Of a DNA stretch of 64,000 nt, positions 19,810-26,701 are shown in pieces. The stretch comes from Candidatus Onthovivens sp. (GTDB taxonomy: Bacteria; Bacillota_I; Bacilli_A; RFN20; CAG-826). The stretch is taken from NCBI GenBank assembly GCA_035270825.1, contig DATESL010000004.1, positions 118,854 to 182,853 on the forward strand, given 5' to 3'. The notes beneath the pieces are model-generated. The model made no database searches. It was given only the letters and a program-made list of their open reading frames with translations, and had not been told where the DNA came from. Within the stretch, counting starts at the first letter, position 1. Every line of letters begins with the position of its first letter. Position numbers and translations under genes: made by a program.

Positions 19810-20370
19810 TATTTAGAACTTCAGATAAGTGTAAACATTTAAGAACTTTAAATGAGAAAGAATGAATTTTTCTTATAAATTTACTTAATTTAAGTGAAGA
19901 AAATAGACTTAATTATTCAAAATGGATAAAAAAATTGGGTACCACAGAGGAAATTAATCCGATATAAGTAAAATAATTTAATTATTTTATTACTTGTTCA
20001 ATACCCAATTTAAATTAAAAATAATGAAAAATATATTTATTGGAAAAATAAAAAATAGTGCAGATCCTGTGAGATTTCTCACATTTCATATTATTTCTAA
20101 TACTATCGAATTCAACACTAATTATATAATAATATTAGTTTTGTTTCATTGTGTCAATGTTTATTTTACAAATATTTCTTATATTTAAGTTATTGTGGTT
20201 ATATTTTTTAAAAATGGAGATAAATATGGTTAAAAAGGTATATTGCTTTGTAGTATTATGATTGGTTGTTTGTCGTTTACTAATCCTTTTTCATATGAGT
20301 GTATCATAGATAACTCTAATGTTTTGGATGATTTATTAGAAGTAAAATTTGATTTTTATAAAATTTAAAG
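19810..20370 (+). repeat. Copy A (decayed) of a tandemly duplicated small-gene cassette of about 0.5-0.65 kb
   Basis: 19841-19990 aligns with 20486-20630 (aagaactttaaat...ttcttataa.tt..cttaatttaa...cttaatta...). 20261-20340 aligns with 20762-20840 (attggttgtttgtc.tttact.atcctttttcatatgag). Copy A carries an in-frame TGA and a frameshift. Confidence 0.75.
20226..20368 (+). pseudogene. Frameshifted, truncated paralogue of the small lipoprotein gene at 20729-20965
   Basis: The ATG at 20226 runs into TGA after 11 codons. The +1 frame continues MIGCLSFTNPFSYECIIDNSNVLDDLLEVKFDFYKI*, matching LIGCLSFTDPFSYERIIDSSHVLDDLLEDD of copy B. Confidence 0.6.
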
Positions 20371-20454
20371 TTTAAATTCAAAAAAAAGATAGTTATTTTG
20401 TCTACCATGTTTATACTAATTTAACTAAAAATCAATTTATAAAAGAGAATCTTT

Positions 20455-20965
20455 TACTTAAAGATGGTGATTATTTTAGAAATTTAAGAACTTTAAATAA
20501 GAAAGAAAAAATTTTTCTTATAAGTTTGCTTAATTTAAAAGATGAAAATAGGCTTAATTATGATAAATGGTTAAAAAAAATTGAGTACAACAGGTGGAGA
20601 ATTAACTCCTGTAAGTAAAATAAATCAATTACTTTGCTTACGTGTTCCATACTCAATTTATTTAAATTATATTAAAAATAATTTTATTTGTCAATGGTTT
20701 CAAATTTTTATTAATTTAGGAGGTGTTTATGATAAAAAAAGGATTGTTTTGTTTTATTTTAATTGGTTGTTTGTCCTTTACTGATCCTTTTTCATATGAG
20801 CGTATCATAGATAGCTCTCATGTTCTTGATGATTTATTAGAAGACGATAACTTTAAATTAGATTTTAGGTCTGGTCTTTATGATTTTAATTTGAAAAATG
20901 AAATTAAGCTGGTTCATGTTGCTGAGTATAATTATCAATCGAAAATACAGCAGGAAAATATGTAA
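20455..20965 (+). repeat. Copy B of the duplicated cassette
   Basis: It contains an 80-codon open frame (20376-20618) ending ...FRNLRTLNKKEKIFLISLLNLKDENRLNYDKWLKKIEYNRWRINSCK* that has no in-frame ATG. It also contains the small lipoprotein ORF. Confidence 0.7.
20729..20965 (+). CDS. Small predicted lipoprotein (78 aa), function unknown
   Basis: AGGAGG sits 5-6 nt upstream of the ATG at 20729. Signal peptide MIKKGLFCFILIGC has lipobox LIGC. The ORF-track start at 20723 is a GTG two codons upstream. Confidence 0.5.
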   Translation: MIKKGLFCFILIGCLSFTDPFSYERIIDSSHVLDDLLEDDNFKLDFRSGLYDFNLKNEIKLVHVAEYNYQSKIQQENM

Positions 20966-21011
20966 ACATATTCTTGATACACTTGATACAGATTTTGGAA
21001 GACTTAAGAAT

Positions 21012-21036
21012 AAAAAAACACGATAGTTATCGTGTT
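21012..21036 (-). terminator. Intrinsic terminator downstream of the tRNA-Asn/tRNA-Glu pair
   Basis: aaaaacacgatagttatcgtgttat is identical to the element after tRNA-Gly. Confidence 0.7.
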
Positions 21037-21046
21037 ATTTGTACTT

Positions 21047-21123
21047 TGGTGACCCGTACGGGATTCGAACCCATGAATGCATGCGTGAAAGGCATGTGAG
21101 TTAAGCCACTTCTCCAACGGGCC
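21047..21123 (-). tRNA. tRNA-Glu (UUC)
   Basis: Reverse complement GGCCCGTTGGAGAAGTGGCTTAACTCACATGCCTTTCACGCATGCATTCATGGGTTCGAATCCCGTACGGGTCACCA, with anticodon loop CTTTCAC. Confidence 0.85.
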
Positions 21124-21134
21124 ATCTAATAAAA

Positions 21135-21209
21135 TGGCGCTGACTAAAGGATTCGAACCTTCAACCGATCGGTTAACAGCCGATTGCTCTACCGTTGAGC
21201 TAAGTCAGC
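21135..21209 (-). tRNA. tRNA-Asn (GUU)
   Basis: Reverse complement GCTGACTTAGCTCAACGGTAGAGCAATCGGCTGTTAACCGATCGGTTGAAGGTTCGAATCCTTTAGTCAGCGCCA, with anticodon loop CTGTTAA. Confidence 0.9.
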
Positions 21210-21279
21210 ACCTATTACGCATAAGCGCTTAAATAATATATCATGCTTTTAGATTAAAAAGCAACAATAATTTATTAAA

Positions 21280-21507
21280 TTAGACAATCTTTTTTTCAAT
21301 CGTCTTTAGCAAATCACCAACTGTTTTAATGTCCTTGGTATCATCAGTTTCAAAACTAATATCAAATTTTTCTTCTAAGTCTAAAATAAACTCAACAACA
21401 TCTAACGAATCTAAGCCGTAGGTCGCAAGAGTATCTTCTTCTTTTAACTCTTTAATGTTAAGAGATTTCTTCATTAACTCTTTGATTTCTTCAATTTTTG
21501 TTGCCAT
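21280..21507 (-). CDS. acpP: Acyl carrier protein
   Basis: 75 aa. Phosphopantetheine attachment motif GLDSLDVVEFILDLEEKFD. Confidence 0.85.
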   Translation of the reverse strand: MATKIEEIKELMKKSLNIKELKEEDTLATYGLDSLDVVEFILDLEEKFDISFETDDTKDIKTVGDLLKTIEKKIV

Positions 21508-21548
21508 TATAATTACCTCGTATAGACTATTTTATCACATAAAAAGAA

Positions 21549-21576
21549 TTAAAAAAAGAGAGTAAAACTCTCTTTT
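21549..21576 (-). terminator. Intrinsic terminator ending the Tad-like operon
   Basis: Stem aagagagt (21556-21563) / actctctt (21567-21574), followed on the minus strand by a T run of 7. It starts right at the pilin stop codon. Confidence 0.7.
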
Positions 21577-21796
21577 AATTAAATGATATTAAATCGATTT
21601 GACTAAACTCATTTTCACTATTCTTTTCAGAATTTTCTTGGGTTGTTGGTTTATTAAGTTCAGTCCCAGCACTTGTAATGTTATTAGCAACTTCATTAGC
21701 TTTTGTTGAAAAAGCTTGATATAAAACTCCCGCTACAACTGAAAATATTGCTAAAACTAAAACTACTCCTAAAATTTGTCCCTTAATTTCTGCCAT
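21575..21796 (-). CDS. Flp/type IV pilin-like small protein (candidate major pilin)
   Basis: 73 aa. AGGAGG lies 8 nt upstream. The sequence reads MAEIKG then QILGVVLVLAIFSVVAGVLYQAF (a 6-aa charged leader ending in Gly, then a hydrophobic helix of about 22 aa), followed by a polar tail. It is the last gene of the ATPase/platform operon. Confidence 0.6.
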   Translation of the reverse strand: MAEIKGQILGVVLVLAIFSVVAGVLYQAFSTKANEVANNITSAGTELNKPTTQENSEKNSENEFSQIDLISFN

Positions 21797-21810
21797 TAAA
21801 TGATCCTCCT

Positions 21811-22164
21811 TTAATTATAAATACTTATAACAGCATATCTTTTTATATTTATATTGATGGTTTCATGAGCCATGATGAGTGGCTGATACTTCGAACTCAG
21901 ATAATATTCAAAAATATCTCCTTTCTTATACGCACTGATATCGGGGTTAACCTCAATTAAATAAACATGATAATTTTCTTCAGCATATTTTTTTAAGTCT
22001 GCTGAAATTTGAGCTTCTTTTGAAATTTTATAGCTAATGTATGTGCTTAATGAATCTAGATTAGAGTAATTAAGTTGGATTAAAACAACATCTACTCCAA
22101 ACATAAAAGCAAAGAAGATAATAAATATTGATAGTATTGTTCCAATTTTAGAACCCATTAGCAC
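21811..22164 (-). CDS. TadE-like minor pilin/pseudopilin candidate
   Basis: The N-terminus M(L)MGSKIGTILSIFIIFFAFMFGVDVVLIQ resembles the TadE N-terminal hydrophobic motif (..E/x-F-A-L-x-x-P..LFG-I-V-D/E). 117 aa. Confidence 0.5.
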   Translation of the reverse strand: MLMGSKIGTILSIFIIFFAFMFGVDVVLIQLNYSNLDSLSTYISYKISKEAQISADLKKYAEENYHVYLIEVNPDISAYKKGDIFEYYLSSKYQPLIMAHETININIKRYAVISIYN

Positions 22165-22834
22165 TATCTCCTAATAAACCAACAACACAATAAACAATTA
22201 AAAGCATAATAATTCCACTGCCAACAATTGAAAAAATATTAATATTCTCAAAAACTTTGGTTCTTTGGTTAGAACGAAAGGTTTCATTAGTATTTTTAAA
22301 GTTCTCAAAAATGTTGATAAATTGATTTAGATAAATATTTGAATTGCCGCAATTGGTGATTTCATATAAAGAAATCATCACTTCTTCAATTGTTTTATTT
22401 TTAAAAGAAGCAGAAAAATTAATAAATGGGGTGATTGATTTATCATTATCAATTTCTTCAATCAAGACATTAATTTTTTCTTTCATTTTATCACTAGCAA
22501 ATTCAACGATAGAGCAAAGCGAAGTATAAACATTTTGCTCATTATAAAGATAAATTCTAAGATATGAGAAAATCTCAATAAATTCATCGTTTAATTTCTG
22601 TTCAATTTCAAGTTCCTTTTTCGAATATCGATAGAAAAAAACATAGTTGGTTGTTGCTAAAAATATTGCTCCCATTGCCAGGTAAATGATGTTCTTAGTC
22701 AGGAATATTATGAGAATGCATGTTACCAATACTATTGTATTTATAGTTCCTAAGAACATCATTTCTTTTTTGTAGGAAAGTCCTAGACTTTCAATTCTTC
22801 TTTTTAGATTTTTCATCTTTAAAATCTCCTTCAT
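22148..22834 (-). CDS. TadC-like inner-membrane platform protein (T2SSF-type architecture)
   Basis: Two N-terminal TMs, a helical cytoplasmic region of about 120 aa, and a C-terminal TM pair. It is a paralogue of the upstream gene. The real start may be MKNLKRR at 22816. Confidence 0.55.
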   Translation of the reverse strand: MKEILKMKNLKRRIESLGLSYKKEMMFLGTINTIVLVTCILIIFLTKNIIYLAMGAIFLATTNYVFFYRYSKKELEIEQKLNDEFIEIFSYLRIYLYNEQNVYTSLCSIVEFASDKMKEKINVLIEEIDNDKSITPFINFSASFKNKTIEEVMISLYEITNCGNSNIYLNQFINIFENFKNTNETFRSNQRTKVFENINIFSIVGSGIIMLLIVYCVVGLLGDSANGF

Positions 22835-23522
22835 TTACAAATCTCAAATCAAATAAGCGATTGAGATAGAGGAATAAAAACCCAATAAAAACTAAGAAAA
22901 AGAAGAAAACGCCATATTTGTAAAAATCCATTTTTAAGATTGATTGATAAAAAATAGATAGTGATATTTGCACAATAATTAAAATAACAATTGTTAAAGT
23001 CCATAAAATGAAGAATTCAATAAAGTGCATCTTTGCACTCTTTTTAAAACTTTCTAAGGAATTTTCAATCTTACGACTATCAAAGATTAAGAGCTGAGCA
23101 ATTTGTAAGATATTCCCACCATTATAGTTATATTGATCAATAAGTTTTAAAAAGACCTCAAAAAGATTTAAATTAAAATAGTCTTTTAGATATTTAATTT
23201 TTTCTTCAATTTGTAAATGTTCGATCGTTTCAACCTGAGCTTTTAGTTCCTTAGAAAAAGAATCTTCAATATGATTAAAGGTATTATTTAAAGAATTATT
23301 GACGCTTAATGTAATAATAAAATTATTGATAAAGGAAATACATTCATGTGTTCTTTTATCAATTTTGGCATATTTTCGATATTTCCTTTCAACGAAGAGA
23401 AAAAAGAATAAATTAAAAATTAAAAACAAGACTAAAGTCATAATTAAATCACGAACTGTATAGTAATAAATACCACTCAGTAATATTGTGACGCTTAGAT
23501 AGATTAGAGATCGTTTAATCAT
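22791..23522 (-). CDS. TadB-like inner-membrane platform protein (T2SSF-type architecture)
   Basis: Same 2 TM + helical domain + 2 TM layout. The ...NGGNILQIAQLL... segment is in the position of the T2SSF conserved Gly. Confidence 0.55.
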   Translation of the reverse strand: MIKRSLIYLSVTILLSGIYYYTVRDLIMTLVLFLIFNLFFFLFVERKYRKYAKIDKRTHECISFINNFIITLSVNNSLNNTFNHIEDSFSKELKAQVETIEHLQIEEKIKYLKDYFNLNLFEVFLKLIDQYNYNGGNILQIAQLLIFDSRKIENSLESFKKSAKMHFIEFFILWTLTIVILIIVQISLSIFYQSILKMDFYKYGVFFFFLVFIGFLFLYLNRLFDLRFVNEGDFKDEKSKKKN

Positions 23523-23525
23523 AAT

Positions 23526-24581
23526 TTAAAACACTCCTATGGGCTCTAAGAGCCATTCGTTATTAAAATTTAGGAAATTTTCACTACTTAAATTAAGTTC
23601 TTTTTCAAAATCACTTGGAAGTTCAAAATAAGTACTTGGGTATTGATAAAGACTGTAATATTTGTGTTTAAAATTAGTACCGATTTCGTTAATAAATCGC
23701 GAGATACTTCCATCTTCATTAACTCTTTTTTTCACATAAATTAGTATTTTAAAGTGATCATAAATATCAAATAAAACTTCTTTGAATTTCAAGTTATCGT
23801 TCGAAATCATGCACATTCTTGCCATTCTTTGATACATATAATCGGCTTGTTTAGCATGAAGAGTTGTAATTGTTGGATGCCCTGTCATGGCCCCATTTAA
23901 AATAGAAATCATTTCTTTTCCTCGCGATTCACTAATAACTAACCAATCTGGGTTACTTCTCAGAGCATTTTTGATCAATGCTTCAAAATTAATATTAGTT
24001 CCGTCACGAATCAACCATGTTTGTAAATCAATTTTGCCATCAAGAAAACTCACATCTAACTCATCAACATTATCAATTACAATTACTCGTGTATTTTCAT
24101 TAAAGATTGTTAGTAAATATTTTTGAAATTCAGTTTTTCCACTACTTGTTTCGCCGCCAATTACAACAGATAGTCTATTTTTGATAAATAAATTAATTAG
24201 TTTTAAACATTTTTTTGTAACGAAGCGTGAATCGGCGTCAATTCTTAGTTTATCACTGCTAATACGAATGGAAAAATTAATAGCTTGTTCTCTACTTTTT
24301 CTTGAAATAATTGGATGAGTCGCATTAATTCGATATTTGCCACATGAGATATCTAAAATCGGGTTGGAGAGATTAAACTGAGAATCGCTCAAGTTACCAA
24401 TTTGACGAATAAAATCAAAGGCTTCTTTTTGATCTATTTTCATTCGGGCTTTAGTTCTTCCTTTATAATTATCTTGATAAAAAAGATCTTCGCCATTAAA
24501 TGAAATATCTGTTATATCGCTAACATCAATAAGTGGTTTTAAAAAGCTTGTCTCAATAAATTCAATTAATTGATTATTCAT
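23526..24581 (-). CDS. TadA/CpaF/VirB11-family secretion ATPase
   Basis: Motifs: ITDISFNGEDLFYQD (N-terminal domain), Walker A GGETSSGKTE, Asp box RVIVIDNVDEL, Walker B DWLVISESRGKE, His box GHPTITTLHA. 351 aa. Confidence 0.85.
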   Translation of the reverse strand: MNNQLIEFIETSFLKPLIDVSDITDISFNGEDLFYQDNYKGRTKARMKIDQKEAFDFIRQIGNLSDSQFNLSNPILDISCGKYRINATHPIISRKSREQAINFSIRISSDKLRIDADSRFVTKKCLKLINLFIKNRLSVVIGGETSSGKTEFQKYLLTIFNENTRVIVIDNVDELDVSFLDGKIDLQTWLIRDGTNINFEALIKNALRSNPDWLVISESRGKEMISILNGAMTGHPTITTLHAKQADYMYQRMARMCMISNDNLKFKEVLFDIYDHFKILIYVKKRVNEDGSISRFINEIGTNFKHKYYSLYQYPSTYFELPSDFEKELNLSSENFLNFNNEWLLEPIGVF

Positions 24582-24583
24582 AA

Positions 24584-24991
24584 TTAAACAATTGTCCCCC
24601 TATCAATTTTAAAAGAAATATAACCATCAATTTTATAATCTAGATAATAATTAGCAACAACTCTAATTTGAATGGCATCTGGACGAGTTGAGAGATCAAT
24701 CACATAGTCTTCATTTTTAAATTTAAAATACTTATAACCAATTTTATAAGAACTAATCTTATTTTGAAAAATATATGAAAAATATTTTTCGATATCTTTT
24801 TCTAGATTGTCTTTTAAGAAGTAAAACACTTGTCCATCCTCGTCTTTTGTTCCTCTTGTAACATTGTTTTCTAAAATTGAGGTTGGAATATTATATAAGG
24901 CACGATTAAAACTCATACCAGTCGTCGAAATTACTAAGGTGACTAGGGTCGTACCAACAATTGTTAATGAGAAAAATAATGGGGCAATCAT
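24584..24991 (-). CDS. Membrane-anchored protein of the pilus operon (possible TadF/minor-pilin-like); function unknown
   Basis: Single N-terminal hydrophobic helix MIAPLFFSLTIVGTTLVTLVISTTG, then a beta-rich domain of about 110 aa. It is translationally coupled on both sides. Confidence 0.4.
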   Translation of the reverse strand: MIAPLFFSLTIVGTTLVTLVISTTGMSFNRALYNIPTSILENNVTRGTKDEDGQVFYFLKDNLEKDIEKYFSYIFQNKISSYKIGYKYFKFKNEDYVIDLSTRPDAIQIRVVANYYLDYKIDGYISFKIDRGTIV

Positions 24992-26067
24992 TAAATAATA
25001 ATCTCCTTTAATAATTCATCTTCAATTGGTTCTTTAATCTCGCCAACAATATCGAATTTTCCTTCATTTGGATTTTCACCAAAAATAAATTTTAAATATA
25101 TTTTTAATGTATATGAATACTGACCAAAGTTTTTCAATTCAATTTCATACTCGGTTTCTTTATGTGCTGCTTCTTCTTCAAAAGGGAAATAAAGTAAACC
25201 CTTACTATAGAAACGCTTGCCTGGCTCGCCCTTATCTAGAAAACTCATATTAGTTAAATAGTCAATATAGTAGGGCAAACTAAAGTTGATATCGCAACTT
25301 CGTAAACTAAAATCAACATCAACTGGGATGATGGGTCGATAATTGCTGACATCAGAATAAAGAATATATCGCAAACCATTATACTTTTTCATGACATATA
25401 GTCGTGGTTTACATGTCTTATAGTCAAAATTTAGTCCGTCTTGATAAAGATGAAATTTTAAACCTAGGTTATTGAAATCAATATGAGAATACTCTGGAAT
25501 ATAGTTAATAAGATCAAAGTTATTTAAAATCAAAATATCACCAGAAATAATCGCTAACCCCTCTTGATAGAGAAAATAATGTGGTAAAAACATTTGTTTT
25601 TGCGTCAAAACAATTTGGTTTTCCACAATTGGTAAAAAAAGCGGGACGCGAAAAAGAATCATATCAAGCTCGCTATAATTTCCCTTGACCCGACATTCAA
25701 ATTCAACTTCTCCATAAACTTCACTTCTTGGAACCATCAGGTGATAGGTAAAATAGTCAAAATGATAAAGAGGTGCAACAACTTTTTCTGTCTTTATAAG
25801 CTCCTTTTCTTTATAGAAATTAAAGTAAATATCTGGAACAGTTTGAGGAGAAGCATCGCGGAAGGTAAAAATTTGTGAATAGGAAAAATAGCTTGACTTA
25901 CTGATATATTGATTGAACTTATCTAATTTAATTTCCCAAGTCGTATCAAATTCAAATTGACGATTAGTAGCACTAATTATCGAACGCTCGTTATTTTGTG
26001 CTCCATTAAAAACAAGTGATGGTATAAATGAAAATAATATTAAGAGTTTTGCTAGTATTTGGAACAT
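24991..26067 (-). CDS. Secreted or N-terminally anchored protein, first gene of the pilus operon; function unknown
   Basis: Signal-like N-terminus MFQILAKLLILFSFIPSLVFNGAQ. 358 aa, Tyr/Phe-rich, with no motif I recognise. Confidence 0.4.
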   Translation of the reverse strand: MFQILAKLLILFSFIPSLVFNGAQNNERSIISATNRQFEFDTTWEIKLDKFNQYISKSSYFSYSQIFTFRDASPQTVPDIYFNFYKEKELIKTEKVVAPLYHFDYFTYHLMVPRSEVYGEVEFECRVKGNYSELDMILFRVPLFLPIVENQIVLTQKQMFLPHYFLYQEGLAIISGDILILNNFDLINYIPEYSHIDFNNLGLKFHLYQDGLNFDYKTCKPRLYVMKKYNGLRYILYSDVSNYRPIIPVDVDFSLRSCDINFSLPYYIDYLTNMSFLDKGEPGKRFYSKGLLYFPFEEEAAHKETEYEIELKNFGQYSYTLKIYLKFIFGENPNEGKFDIVGEIKEPIEDELLKEIII

Positions 26068-26160
26068 GATTTTCTCCCTTCACTAACAAGATTGCAAGTT
26101 TTTCTAAAAGTTTGGTATATTAATTTTTACTTTCTGAAAAAAATGTATTAGAATAACCAT

Positions 26161-26697
26161 ATGATTATATTAGTTGGCCCTAGTGCAAGCGGAAAAACAG
26201 AGATTGCCAAAGCCTTAGTGGCTCTTTTTGGTTTCAAAAAGTTTGTCACCTCTACGACTCGTTATATGCGTGAGGGGGAAAGAGATGGGGTCGATTATAA
26301 TTTTTTAAGCGTTGAAGCTTTTAAAAAGAAAATTGAGAATAATGATTTTATTGAATATGTTTGTTATAACGGACATTACTATGGAACTGAGAAACGTAAT
26401 ATTGATAATATGACAGTCTTAATTGTTGAAAAAAACGGCCTCTTAGAATTCTTAAAACTTAAAGATCCAAATATCATTACTTATTATTTAGTTAGCGAAC
26501 CAGAAATCTTAGAAAAACGAATGATTATCCGTGGCGATAAACCCGAAAATATTAAAATTCGTGTTGAAAATGATAAAATTGATTTTGATCGTTCAATCAA
26601 AGAAAAAGTTGATATGATAATAAATACAACGAGCAATACAATTCTTGATTTAGCCTTGCTTGTATATAATGATTATAAAAAAAGAGTTAAGCTTTAA
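26161..26697 (+). CDS. Guanylate kinase-family protein
   Basis: P-loop GPSASGKTE, plus TTRYMREGERDGVDYNF and YYGT. 178 aa, so shorter than a typical Gmk. Confidence 0.7.
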   Translation: MIILVGPSASGKTEIAKALVALFGFKKFVTSTTRYMREGERDGVDYNFLSVEAFKKKIENNDFIEYVCYNGHYYGTEKRNIDNMTVLIVEKNGLLEFLKLKDPNIITYYLVSEPEILEKRMIIRGDKPENIKIRVENDKIDFDRSIKEKVDMIINTTSNTILDLALLVYNDYKKRVKL

Positions 26698-26701
26698 AGG
26701 C

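Noticed and set aside
19994-20188. 64-aa ORF in the AT-rich repeat region
   Set aside because: It has no RBS and an Ile/Asn/Phe-rich composition expected by chance in this DNA. It is not conserved in the second copy of the repeat.
20581-20784. 67-aa TTG-initiated ORF spanning the junction of the two cassette genes
   Set aside because: It is out of frame with both conserved reading frames of the duplicated unit, and it runs through the RBS and start of the lipoprotein ORF. It is probably an artefact.
22791-22834. 44-nt overlap between the TadB-like and TadC-like ORFs; considered as a programmed frameshift or fusion
   Set aside because: An in-frame ATG at 22816 (MKNLKRR…) reduces the overlap. 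Overlapping cistrons are common in this operon, and no slippery sequence was noticed.
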